DNA from: Candidatus Shapirobacteria bacterium
GTDB taxonomy: Bacteria > Patescibacteriota > Microgenomatia > UBA12405
Length of the DNA: 64,000 nucleotides
Direction: 5' to 3'
NCBI GenBank assembly: GCA_041661765.1
Contig: JBAZTV010000001.1
Location: 300,791-364,790, forward strand
The notes beneath the pieces are model-generated. The model had not been told where the DNA came from, made no database searches, and saw only the letters and a list, made by a program, of their open reading frames with translations. Position numbers and translations under genes: made by a program. Below, one piece after another: positions 18,792 through 28,016 of the stretch. How positions within the stretch are numbered: position 1 is the first letter of the stretch; the number at the start of each line of letters is the position of its first letter.

Positions 18792-20240
18792 ATGAAAATC
18801 ACTCCCATCATTGGTCTTGAAGTCCATGTTGAATTAAAAACTAAATCAAAGATGTTTTGTAGTTGTAATGCTGAACATTTTCATGTCGAGCCCAACACTC
18901 ACACTTGCCCGGTTTGTCTTGGTCTCCCAGGCGCTCTTCCAATACCAAATAAAACTGCCTGTGAATGGTGCATCAAATTAGGCCTAGCACTCAATTGCAC
19001 CCCAAATAAAATCAGTTTTTTTGAGAGAAAAAATTATTTTTATCCCGATCTTCCCAAAGGTTATCAAATTACTCAATTAGAAAAACCATTTGTTGTTAAT
19101 GGTTTTTTGGAAATTGATGGCCATAAAATCAGAATTAATCGAGCGCACATGGAAGAAGATACTGGTAAATCCGTCCACACCACTGAAAATGGCGTCGATG
19201 TCACACTTATCGATTACAATCGTTCCAGTGTTCCTTTGGTTGAAATTGTTTCCGAGCCAGATATCACTTCAGCCCAAATGGCTAAAAGTTATCTTTTAAA
19301 AATACAACAAATTGTCAGATATTTAGATATTTCCGATGCCGACATTGAAAAGGGCAGTATGCGTTGCGAGCCAACCATCAATTTAAAAATCGAAGATAAT
19401 GAACAAACTTTTTACACTCCACTTGTCGAAGTAAAAAATGTCGCTTCTCTTACTGGCGTCCAAACCGCCATCGATTTTGAAATCAATCGCCAGACTCAAG
19501 AATTTGAAAAAAACAACGAAGTCAAAAGTCCTCTAAATAAAACCACTCGCGGTTGGGATGCCGATAAAAACCAAACTTTTTTACAGCGAGAGAAAGAGGG
19601 ATCTTCTGATTATCGTTATTTTCCCGAACCCGACATTCCTCATATTATTTTTACAGATGAACAGATCGAAGAAATTCGCAAGACTATCCCCAAATTACCT
19701 GATCAAAAAATCTCTCGATATAAATCAGAACTTAGTCTAAATGATTACGATGCCAACCAAATCGCTGAAAATAAAGAATTTGCTGACATTTATGAAAATG
19801 CCATCAGTCTTTCACCTTCACCAGATTTTGCTAAATTTACTGCCAATTTATTTTTAGGTTCCATAAAAACTTATCTCAATGAGAATAACGAAAATTTAAA
19901 TTCATCAAAAATAAATCCTCAATTTTTCTTTGACTTATTTACTGCCGTTTTTAAATCCGAAATTTCCGCCACCGTTGCCAAACAGGTAATTATTGACAGT
20001 TATCAAAGTGGTGAAAACCCAGTCGAAATTGCCAAATCTAAGGGATTAATTCAGGTTTCCGATTCCAATGAAATTGAAAAATTAGGAAAAGAGGTGATTG
20101 AACAAAACCCAAAAGCCGTCGATGATTACAAAAAAAATCCCGCCTCAATCGGTTTTCTAATCGGTCAATTAATGAAAGCCTCCCACGGTTCCGCCAATCC
20201 CTCCCTCGCCAAAGAAATTCTGGAAAAATTATTAAAATAA
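18792..20240 (+). CDS. gatB: Glu-tRNA(Gln) amidotransferase subunit B
   Basis: ATG 18792 (MKITPIIGLEVHVELKT...), GatB N-terminal cradle and C-terminal YqeY-like tail; track ORF start 18711 is an upstream in-frame extension. Confidence 0.9.
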   Translation: MKITPIIGLEVHVELKTKSKMFCSCNAEHFHVEPNTHTCPVCLGLPGALPIPNKTACEWCIKLGLALNCTPNKISFFERKNYFYPDLPKGYQITQLEKPFVVNGFLEIDGHKIRINRAHMEEDTGKSVHTTENGVDVTLIDYNRSSVPLVEIVSEPDITSAQMAKSYLLKIQQIVRYLDISDADIEKGSMRCEPTINLKIEDNEQTFYTPLVEVKNVASLTGVQTAIDFEINRQTQEFEKNNEVKSPLNKTTRGWDADKNQTFLQREKEGSSDYRYFPEPDIPHIIFTDEQIEEIRKTIPKLPDQKISRYKSELSLNDYDANQIAENKEFADIYENAISLSPSPDFAKFTANLFLGSIKTYLNENNENLNSSKINPQFFFDLFTAVFKSEISATVAKQVIIDSYQSGENPVEIAKSKGLIQVSDSNEIEKLGKEVIEQNPKAVDDYKKNPASIGFLIGQLMKASHGSANPSLAKEILEKLLK

Positions 20241-20373
20241 AAATATCCTGTAATTTTTATTATCGTTATTATGATAAACTCCAAGAGTAATATTCATACG
20301 CCATTGCGCGTAAACAATGTTGGAGGTCGCACGTTGAAAACCAAGTGTTATTAAAAAAAAGGGGGATTGTCAG

Positions 20374-20688
20374 ATGGCTAATCTTCAAGAAATCCAAAAC
20401 TTGCAAAAAGAGGCTTTGAAAACAATCAAAAAGGAAATCGATGGAATTGGCAAAAATGAAGAATTTTCAAAGGAAAAAAGAGGAATTATGGTAGAAACCA
20501 TGCTGTTTATCAATTTAGTTTTTAAAGCAATTCGTGAAAATTCACCTGAGGAAGCAAAAAATTTACTAGTAAAGTTTTCTTTATTATCAAAACCAGTCCT
20601 TCAAGAACTTGAAAAAAATTTAAACAAGCTCAGTATTAATATCTTTGTCGTTGATGAGACAACTTTAAAAATAACAACCACTTTGTAA
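20374..20688 (+). CDS. hypothetical small protein
   Basis: Strong SD (AAAAGGGGG) 8 nt upstream of ATG; followed by rho-independent terminator. Confidence 0.45.
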   Translation: MANLQEIQNLQKEALKTIKKEIDGIGKNEEFSKEKRGIMVETMLFINLVFKAIRENSPEEAKNLLVKFSLLSKPVLQELEKNLNKLSINIFVVDETTLKITTTL

Positions 20689-20702
20689 CACTTACAACGT
20701 CT

Positions 20703-20747
20703 ACCCGTTTGGGATTTTTTTAAAATCCACACGGGTATTTTTTTGTC
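20703..20747 (+). terminator. rho-independent terminator (compound hairpin + T8)
   Basis: ACCCGT...ACGGGT stem with nested GGATTTT/AAAATCC hairpin followed by ATTTTTTT. Confidence 0.5.
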
Positions 20748-20909
20748 TCCAAAACCTGCTATTATTAATTTAATAAAAATTAATAAAAAAAATGCCAAAG
20801 AAAAAAACTGCCCCTAAAAAAACCAGTACTAAAAAAGAAATCTTCTCTACCCAGACCAATTTCATCATACTTGCATTATTCTGTCTTTTTATCGCTATTC
20901 TTTTTCGTT

Positions 20910-21545
20910 CTATTTATGGACAAAGTTTTCAGGGTTAACTAAATCAATTAATTCCTCTAAATTCTTAATAGTGACCACTCCGTCTAATTGTTCATCATTT
21001 TTTCTATTAACCCACACAATACTAAAACGGTTCAAATTATTTAGTTTTTCTACCACTTCTTTCTTATCGTCGATAATAATCGCTCCATCTGGTAATTTTG
21101 CCAAAAAATCGGCATTTAATTTATCCCTATTTATATAAATAAAGTTTTTATTAAAAAACTCTCCAATTCCTGACGATTTAATTTTAATTATTTGTAAACT
21201 GCTAAATCCCTGAGAATAAATACCAATATCAAAATTATTCTTCAGACTTTTTAAAACAGAAATAGTCTCCGGAAATAAAGCTTTTGAATAAATACCCAAT
21301 TTATCGGAACTAAAATCTTCCAATTCTATTTTTTTATCGAATTTTTGTCCAAAACTTTCCACAAAATCATCTATTTTAAAGTCATCAGACTTATTTAAAT
21401 TTTCAAAATATTTCTCTTCAAAATCAAAAATTTCTTCTTTTGATACTTTACATATTCTGGCCAAGCTACTTCTTAAATTTTTTTTATATTCAACTTTACT
21501 AAACAATGTGTCATCCCAATCAAATAAAATTAATTCTTTCTTCAT
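20910..21545 (-). CDS. HAD-superfamily hydrolase
   Basis: N-terminal LFDWDDTL (DxDxT motif I) and later HAD motifs. Confidence 0.6.
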   Translation of the reverse strand: MKKELILFDWDDTLFSKVEYKKNLRSSLARICKVSKEEIFDFEEKYFENLNKSDDFKIDDFVESFGQKFDKKIELEDFSSDKLGIYSKALFPETISVLKSLKNNFDIGIYSQGFSSLQIIKIKSSGIGEFFNKNFIYINRDKLNADFLAKLPDGAIIIDDKKEVVEKLNNLNRFSIVWVNRKNDEQLDGVVTIKNLEELIDLVNPENFVHK

Positions 21546-21596
21546 TAACCATATTCTACAACCAATACCTACAAATTTATAGGTTAAAATATCTAA

Positions 21597-24500
21597 GTGG
21601 ATAAAAATCTTAAAAATAATTTTTTAATCGAATATCAAAAACTAAATCCCGAGCAAAAGCTTGCCGTTGATACTATCGAAGGTCCAGTTATGGTCATCGC
21701 TGGCGCCGGTACCGGCAAAACCCAAACCATTGCTTTAAGAATTGCCAATATATTAGACAAGACCGACACTAAACCCAGTTCAATTTTATGTTTAACTTAC
21801 ACCGACGTAGCCGCAAACAATATGAGAAGTCGTTTATTAAACATGATTGGTTCCGATGCTTATAAAGTCAAATTTTGTACTTTTCACGCTTTTTGTAACG
21901 ATATTATTTCTTCGAACTCTCAATATTTCCCTTTTGCTTCCTCTAATCTCAAAGCCATTGATGACCTAGAAACCATTGAAATAATCAAAAATATTATCGA
22001 CCATCTCGACAATTCTTCACCCCTAATTTCTTGGGGCGATCGTTATTGTTATCAAAAAAGCATTCTCGATTGTATTCATTTAACTAAACGAGAAAACATC
22101 AGTCAAAAAACTCTTTTAAATTTAATTAAAGACGAAGAAATTTTTTTCAAAAATTCCAGTGATTTTATTTCTCAACTTAGTAATATTAGAGCCACAAAAA
22201 ACAATTATCCCCAGATTAATCAAATTTTAGATAATCTGCAAAATTCCGAAGTTATTTCTCTCAATCTTAAAATTCATCTCCAAATAATTAGAAGTGGTAA
22301 CGAAAATCTTAGTCAGGTTAAAAATGAAATCAGAAAATTTTATCAAGATTTTGAAAAAGATATTCCCAAACAAAAAGAATTTGTTAAAATTTTTGATTTA
22401 TATCAAAAAGAACTTCAAAAGAAATCTCTTTATGATTATGAAGATATGATTTTATTTGTCATTAATGCTTTTAATGACAATCCTGATCTTTTACTCAATT
22501 TTCAGGAGAAATACCAATATATTCTCGTTGATGAATATCAAGACACCAACTCCAGCCAAAGTAAAATAGTCGATATGTTAGGCAATTATTATGATAATCC
22601 AAATATATTTGTGGTCGGGGACGACGATCAATCAATTTTTAGATTTCAGGGCGCCTCCATCGAAAATATCTACAATTTTTACCAAAAATACAATCCTCAA
22701 AAAGTTGTCCTAAAAAACAATTATCGTAGTCACAAACTTATTTTAGAATCATCATCAAGTGTCATTAGCCGCAATAAAAATCGTATTGCCAATTTAATCA
22801 CCGATATTGACAAAACTCTAATCTCCAATAAAGATTACGATCCCGATCCAATTAATTTAACCGTCTTAAATTCCAACATTGAAGAAGATTATTACGTCGC
22901 TCAAAAAATTTATAATTTAATTAAAGCTGGTGAAAAACCCAGTGAAATTACTATTTTACTTCGTAAAAATCGCGATGCTGATGAATTAACAAAAATGTTA
23001 TCTGCTTTTGGAGTTAAATTTTTTCTTCCCTCAAAATCCAATATTTTAGATAATAAAGTTATTACTCAATTAATCAAACTGCTCGAATTTATTGACAATC
23101 CCAATTATAATGAATCGGTTTATCATATCTTAGCTGCTCCATTTATTAATTTAAATTCTCTTGATTTAGTCAAAATTTTAAAATCAAAAATTGTTCTTTG
23201 TGATTTAGTTTTTGACCAATCAAAAATTAATAGTCTTGAAATTTCTGAAAAATCTAAAAAAATAATTTCCAAATTTGGTAAAAAAATTGCTAAAACCAAA
23301 ATTGATTTAGAAAATTATCCCTTAGAAAAAGTTTTAAATAAAATTCTAAAAAGATTTAAAATTTTAAAATATTTATTGTCCAAAAACGATATTGATTCTC
23401 TTAATCAGGTCTACACTTTCTATAAACTCCTTAAGGACACTGTCACTAAAAGAGATCTTTCTTTAAAAGAATTTATCGATAGAATTCATCTCTATATCGA
23501 AAATAATCTCTCCATTTCTTCTCCTTCAATTAACTACGATTCTTCTGATTCGATAAAAATATTAACGGTTCATGGCGCCAAAGGTTTGGAATTTGATCAT
23601 GTTTTTATTTATCGATTACTAGAAGATTCTTGGGAAAAACAGCGTGATTTTGGTAAATTAAAATTACCTTTTGGAATTCTTGCCAGTGAAATCACTAAAA
23701 GCATTGAAGACGATTATGAGGAAGATCGACGATTATTTTATGTGGCTTTAACCCGAGCCAAAAAACAAATTTATCTGTCTTATTCTCAATACAAAGAAAA
23801 CGGCAAAAGCCAGAATGCCTCCGTTTTTATTTCCGAAATTGACAATCACTTAATTGAAGACATAAAATTTAACGACAAAGCCGCCGCTCTTAAAACTTAT
23901 TATCAATACACCGACATTTCTCACGATCTAAAACCGAATTTATCAGCATATTTAAAAGACTATTTAAGCAATCATTATAAATTTAATGTCAGTCATCTTA
24001 ATTCTTATCTTCGTTGCCCGTTTTGTTTTTATTACAAAACCATTTTAAGAATTCCCCAAAATAAGGAAAAATTTAGCAGTTTTGGCACTGCCATTCACTC
24101 CGCTCTTTCTGATTTTTATCAGAAAAAATCAAAAGACGAAGTTATTAAAAGTTTTGAACAAAGTCTTAAAAATGAAAGATTGCCAAAAGCTGATTATAAA
24201 TGGTGCTTAGAAAATGGTCATAAAATTTTAACTGAGTATTATGATCAATATGTCGATTCCGTCAAAGATAATAATATTACTGAATATAACTTCGCCCCTG
24301 AAAATATTGTCTACAAAAATATTCCCTTAACCGGGAAAATTGATCTTATTCAAAAAGATGAAAATAATAAAATCAATGTTATTGATTTTAAAACCGGCAA
24401 CGCAGACAGTAAATATAAAGAACTTTCGCCCGACGGCGACTACTATCGTCAAATTGTTTTTTATAAATTATTACTCGATATTAAAAATGATTCCCGTTTC

Positions 24501-24707
24501 CAATTCAATCAAGGGATCATTGATTTTGTTGAAAAAAGTAAATTAAAAAAGAATTTCATCAGAAAAGAAATTAATGTTTCCGATGAAGATTTAGATAAAC
24601 TAAAAACTCAAATCGAAGAGGTCTATCAAAAAATTTTAAATTTAGAATTCTTTGAAATCGGCAAAGATTGTAAAGACAAAGATCATTTACATTATCTATT
24701 AAAATAA
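21597..24707 (+). CDS. UvrD-like helicase fused to C-terminal RecB/Cas4-type PD-(D/E)xK nuclease domain (AddA-like single-chain helicase-nuclease)
   Basis: Walker A AGAGTGKTQT, DEYQDTN, TVHGAKGLEF, ALTRAKK; C-terminal CPFCFYY..., GKIDLIQ, VIDFKTG, YRQIVFY (QxxxY) nuclease motifs; GTG start per track. Confidence 0.75.
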   Translation: MDKNLKNNFLIEYQKLNPEQKLAVDTIEGPVMVIAGAGTGKTQTIALRIANILDKTDTKPSSILCLTYTDVAANNMRSRLLNMIGSDAYKVKFCTFHAFCNDIISSNSQYFPFASSNLKAIDDLETIEIIKNIIDHLDNSSPLISWGDRYCYQKSILDCIHLTKRENISQKTLLNLIKDEEIFFKNSSDFISQLSNIRATKNNYPQINQILDNLQNSEVISLNLKIHLQIIRSGNENLSQVKNEIRKFYQDFEKDIPKQKEFVKIFDLYQKELQKKSLYDYEDMILFVINAFNDNPDLLLNFQEKYQYILVDEYQDTNSSQSKIVDMLGNYYDNPNIFVVGDDDQSIFRFQGASIENIYNFYQKYNPQKVVLKNNYRSHKLILESSSSVISRNKNRIANLITDIDKTLISNKDYDPDPINLTVLNSNIEEDYYVAQKIYNLIKAGEKPSEITILLRKNRDADELTKMLSAFGVKFFLPSKSNILDNKVITQLIKLLEFIDNPNYNESVYHILAAPFINLNSLDLVKILKSKIVLCDLVFDQSKINSLEISEKSKKIISKFGKKIAKTKIDLENYPLEKVLNKILKRFKILKYLLSKNDIDSLNQVYTFYKLLKDTVTKRDLSLKEFIDRIHLYIENNLSISSPSINYDSSDSIKILTVHGAKGLEFDHVFIYRLLEDSWEKQRDFGKLKLPFGILASEITKSIEDDYEEDRRLFYVALTRAKKQIYLSYSQYKENGKSQNASVFISEIDNHLIEDIKFNDKAAALKTYYQYTDISHDLKPNLSAYLKDYLSNHYKFNVSHLNSYLRCPFCFYYKTILRIPQNKEKFSSFGTAIHSALSDFYQKKSKDEVIKSFEQSLKNERLPKADYKWCLENGHKILTEYYDQYVDSVKDNNITEYNFAPENIVYKNIPLTGKIDLIQKDENNKINVIDFKTGNADSKYKELSPDGDYYRQIVFYKLLLDIKNDSRFQFNQGIIDFVEKSKLKKNFIRKEINVSDEDLDKLKTQIEEVYQKILNLEFFEIGKDCKDKDHLHYLLK

Positions 24708-24710
24708 ATC

Positions 24711-26639
24711 TCAGCCGGCTCCGCCACCTCCTCCACCGCCGCCGCCTCCGCCACCCCCAGAGGCTCCACCTGACGATCCGGATCCGGAAGCACCATAACT
24801 TGAACTGGCCGCTGTTGAAATACTACTAAGGGCAGAGGATAAAGAAGACAAACCGCTTGAAAAATCACCAAAATCACCCATATTGCCACACCAATACGTT
24901 GTCATTATAATTTGGTCATTACTGTTAGTAAAATTAACTGGCAGTGCACTTATTGCTTTTATCGAAATTCCCAAAGCTGTTCCATAAACCAAATATTTTT
25001 CCCACAAAATTATTGAATCAATTGGATAATCTTTAGTTATGCCATATTCTTTCATGTGTTTTTTAAAAGCCAACCATTTAGCCGTTTCTTCACTTCCAAT
25101 TTTTGTCCTCTTTTCTCCAAATATTTTCAGATTCATTGTTACAATCGCAAAAAACATTAAAACAAAACCGCCAAAAAATCCAAGAATTATTAGTTTTATT
25201 GAGTTCAAATATGAACCTATAACCGTGCCAGATATAAATTCGATAAACATTAAAAACAATAACAATGCTCCCACTCGTGTATAATTTTTTATTGAATGAG
25301 AAGTTTTATCAAAATAACCTTCTTTTAAATTTTCTTGAAAAACTGCATCAGAAAAATGTTTAAAAAAATCATAACTTTCAGTTCGGTGTGTAGAACACCA
25401 CACAGAAATATCTTTTAATTTAACCCCTTCAATTTCTTGTCCGCCCAAATTAACTTTGGTTCGCTTTACTGACCCTAAGAAATCAAAAACACGACCTTCA
25501 ATTTCAGATGTTTCACTTATTTTTTTATTTAGCGGTACCAAGTAATAGTTATAATCTTTTAAAATAAAACCTTCCTTTTGGTCACTTCTCATGATTTTAT
25601 AAAATCGATGTTGGACTAAAGATAAAATCGTCGCGGTAAATGAGGTAGGAGATAAATATTTATTAGTACTAATTAATTGTTCAATTTGGGCTGGATCAAT
25701 ATCGCTTGGTGGCTCCCACAATCTTCCCGACAAACTTACTTCCGGTAATTTTGAATCTTTTCCAAATTTTATAAATAGTTTTATTTGTTTAACAAATAAA
25801 ACTATTCCCAGTATTAATATTCCTGTCAAAATAATAAAAAAACCTGTTGTTAGATTATTATTTTTTTGTTTCTGTTTTTCGGTTTGATCAATAAAATTTT
25901 GTTCCTGGGTTTCAATTTCTGATTTATTTAAACTTCCAACAACCCCATTAGTAAAAATATTTTTTGGTAATAAAATTCTAGATTCAAAAAAAGTTCCCGG
26001 CCACAAATTACCGACCTCATATGTCACTTTACTGGAGTCAGGAATTGACACAATCCCATCCAATGGTCCATGCGCCCAAGCTTTTATTTCCGACCCCGGA
26101 ACATTTGCTGGCAAATTAATTTGGGCAAAAACATTATTTTGGTTTATTTCCCAATCATCACCAATCAATTTCCAATACAATTCTGCCGTATCGGTATTTA
26201 AGGTAACAGCGTTACTAACATCATATTTAATTTTAAAAGTTTTCTCTCCACTATTAGTTTGATAAAACCACTTAATATAATATTTATCCGCCTGTTCATC
26301 AACATAAAAACTGGAAATTGGTTTAGTTATATCGTATTGCCCTTTATTTTTAGTATTCAATTCCCTATAACATTCATTTTCATCACAAACTTCAAAGTTT
26401 TTTAAAATATAAGGTTCACTTCTGTCACCGGTTTTATTTATATATTCATAGGCAAAGGTATAACTTCCGTTAAAAGAAAAAACTCTTGTTTCTTCAATAT
26501 TCATCGAACCGTCAGTATTTAATTGACCTAGAATATTTACACTATCAATTGAGTAAGACTTATCCGCAGCATTAACCGGACTGAACGAAAATAATAATAG
26601 AAGTACTCCCAAAATTCTAAAATATTTTGTTAATCTCAT
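24711..26639 (-). CDS. DUF2207-family membrane protein with C-terminal poly-Gly/Ser tail
   Basis: Signal peptide, N-terminal beta-rich domain, central TM helices, tail SSYGASGSGSSGGASGGGGGGGGGGGGGAG (encoded by GC-rich run 24715..24800). Confidence 0.55.
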   Translation of the reverse strand: MRLTKYFRILGVLLLLFSFSPVNAADKSYSIDSVNILGQLNTDGSMNIEETRVFSFNGSYTFAYEYINKTGDRSEPYILKNFEVCDENECYRELNTKNKGQYDITKPISSFYVDEQADKYYIKWFYQTNSGEKTFKIKYDVSNAVTLNTDTAELYWKLIGDDWEINQNNVFAQINLPANVPGSEIKAWAHGPLDGIVSIPDSSKVTYEVGNLWPGTFFESRILLPKNIFTNGVVGSLNKSEIETQEQNFIDQTEKQKQKNNNLTTGFFIILTGILILGIVLFVKQIKLFIKFGKDSKLPEVSLSGRLWEPPSDIDPAQIEQLISTNKYLSPTSFTATILSLVQHRFYKIMRSDQKEGFILKDYNYYLVPLNKKISETSEIEGRVFDFLGSVKRTKVNLGGQEIEGVKLKDISVWCSTHRTESYDFFKHFSDAVFQENLKEGYFDKTSHSIKNYTRVGALLLFLMFIEFISGTVIGSYLNSIKLIILGFFGGFVLMFFAIVTMNLKIFGEKRTKIGSEETAKWLAFKKHMKEYGITKDYPIDSIILWEKYLVYGTALGISIKAISALPVNFTNSNDQIIMTTYWCGNMGDFGDFSSGLSSLSSALSSISTAASSSYGASGSGSSGGASGGGGGGGGGGGGGAG

Positions 26640-26665
26640 TAATTCATTATAGATTATAATGAACT

Positions 26666-27097
26666 ATGAAAATTAAAATCAAAAGATTTGATAAAACACT
26701 GCCGTTACCAGTTCATAAAACCACTGGTGCCGTCGCCGTCGATTTATATTCCCGTCTTGATGCTGAAATTCCACCCAAAGAAATTGGCAAAATTCCCATG
26801 AATGTTGCCATAGAAATTCCCGATGGTTATTTTATTATGATGGTTCCTCGCAGTTCTACCCATAAATTAGGCATAATGTCGGCCAATGGCGTTGGTGTCT
26901 TCGATCGTGATTACTGTGGCGACAACGACGAATATCATTTTCTTGTTTACAATTTTACCCACGCTCCCATCCATATCGAAAAAGGCACCCGTCTTTGTCA
27001 GTTATTATTAATCAAATGTGAAAATTTTGATTTCATCGAAGTCGACAAGATGGGCAATTCTGACCGCGGCGGGTTTGGGACAACAGGAGTGAAGTAA
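26666..27097 (+). CDS. dut: dUTP diphosphatase
   Basis: 143 aa; dUTPase motifs incl. C-terminal motif V RGGFGTTG. Confidence 0.8.
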   Translation: MKIKIKRFDKTLPLPVHKTTGAVAVDLYSRLDAEIPPKEIGKIPMNVAIEIPDGYFIMMVPRSSTHKLGIMSANGVGVFDRDYCGDNDEYHFLVYNFTHAPIHIEKGTRLCQLLLIKCENFDFIEVDKMGNSDRGGFGTTGVK

Positions 27098-27594
27098 TTT
27101 TTCAATCTCCCCTAGCCCCTCTTTGACAAGAGGGGAACTAAATCATCAATTTTCTTTTTTACGGAATCAATATTATCTATCACTTCTTCATTTGTAAATC
27201 TTATTGTTGTAACCCCAATTTGTTTCAAAAATTTATCCCTCAATTCATCCGTTCCTTTCTTTTTAATATGCGATTCACCATCAATCTCAATTGCCAATGA
27301 TAATTTTGAACAATAAAAATCAACAATAAATCGATCAATTGGTTTTTGTCTCAGAAATCTATAGCCGGTTTTATCTCTCGACAAAATTTTATCCCAAATT
27401 ATTTTTTCAGCATCAGTCGGTTTCGTTCTATTTTTCTGCGACATAAAAGTCAAACTATTTCGATATCGAACACAATTTCTTTTAGAATTTATCGCTTCAT
27501 AATCAACCGATTTTTTCATTAAAAAATTATATATTCCCCCGTCTTGTCAAAGAAGGGGGCAGGGGGAAGATTGAATAAAAAGGGGAGATTGAAA
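27098..27594. mobile_element. candidate miniature selfish element: DUF559 gene bounded by 14-bp perfect terminal inverted repeats (TTTCAATCTCCCCT / AGGGGAGATTGAAA) and sub-terminal GC-rich hairpins
   Basis: Left end 27100..27113 and right end 27581..27594 are exact reverse complements; hairpins CCCCTCTT-TGAC-AAGAGGGG (27116..27135) and CCCCCGTCTT-GTCA-AAGAAGGGGG (27536..27559) are near-copies of each other in inverted orientation. Confidence 0.4.
27112..27519 (-). CDS. DUF559 endonuclease-like protein (Vsr/restriction-endonuclease-like fold)
   Basis: IWDKILSRDKTGYRFLRQKPIDRFIVDFYCSKLSLAIEIDGESH...GVTTIRFTNEEV matches the DUF559 pattern; C-terminal 9 codons are encoded by the left terminal hairpin. 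Confidence 0.65.
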   Translation of the reverse strand: MKKSVDYEAINSKRNCVRYRNSLTFMSQKNRTKPTDAEKIIWDKILSRDKTGYRFLRQKPIDRFIVDFYCSKLSLAIEIDGESHIKKKGTDELRDKFLKQIGVTTIRFTNEEVIDNIDSVKKKIDDLVPLLSKRG

Positions 27595-27675
27595 TGATAA
27601 AAAATTTTATAATTTTTATCCGCTTTATTATTTTCTAGTGGAGCTTTGTAATTTTGCTGGAGTATAATAACCATT

Positions 27676-28014
27676 ATGAATACATTAGATTTAATAATAC
27701 AAGCTATTGAAACACAAAAACCAATCGTTTTTGAATATAATAAAGAAGGTAAGATACAAGGTGAACGAAAAGGGAATCCTCATGCGATTTTTATTTTTAC
27801 TAAAAAATCAGGAGAACAAAGTACGAAAATTCACATCGTCCAAACAGATGGCGTTTCCGATACAACACCTCCAAATTTTCCAGATTTTAGAACTTTTGAT
27901 ATTGAGGATCTTTCCTTGATAAAAATTTTAGAAGATGAAGAATCTTTTGTTCCTTTTTATGAAAAGTACAATCCAGAGTCGGAAATGTATAAAGATGTAA
28001 TTGCCAAGATTTAA
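27676..28014 (+). CDS. small WYL-like domain protein (putative ligand-sensing regulator), no HTH
   Basis: PIVFEYNKEGKIQGERKGNPHAIFIF...KIHIVQTDG...FRTFDIEDL resembles WYL-domain core (R.v.P..L......WYL...R.FRLDRI); 3-nt gap to next gene. Confidence 0.35.
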   Translation: MNTLDLIIQAIETQKPIVFEYNKEGKIQGERKGNPHAIFIFTKKSGEQSTKIHIVQTDGVSDTTPPNFPDFRTFDIEDLSLIKILEDEESFVPFYEKYNPESEMYKDVIAKI

Positions 28015-28016
28015 TT

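Noticed and set aside
20241-20373. 133-nt intergenic region with a moderately GC-rich stretch (ccattgcgcgtaaacaatgttggaggtcgcacg) considered as a possible small RNA/tRNA
   Set aside because: No cloverleaf-compatible pairing, no T-loop GTTCGA/A-box motifs, no convincing stem-loops; probably just the 5' UTR with a strong SD for the downstream small gene
24715-24800. GC-rich low-complexity run (ccgccacctcctccaccgccgcc...)
   Set aside because: Encodes the poly-Gly/Ser C-terminal tail typical of DUF2207 proteins on the minus strand; not a repeat element or RNA
24692-24889. 65-aa minus-strand ORF rich in Pro/Val
   Set aside because: Alternative-frame reading of the GC-rich poly-Gly region of the DUF2207 gene
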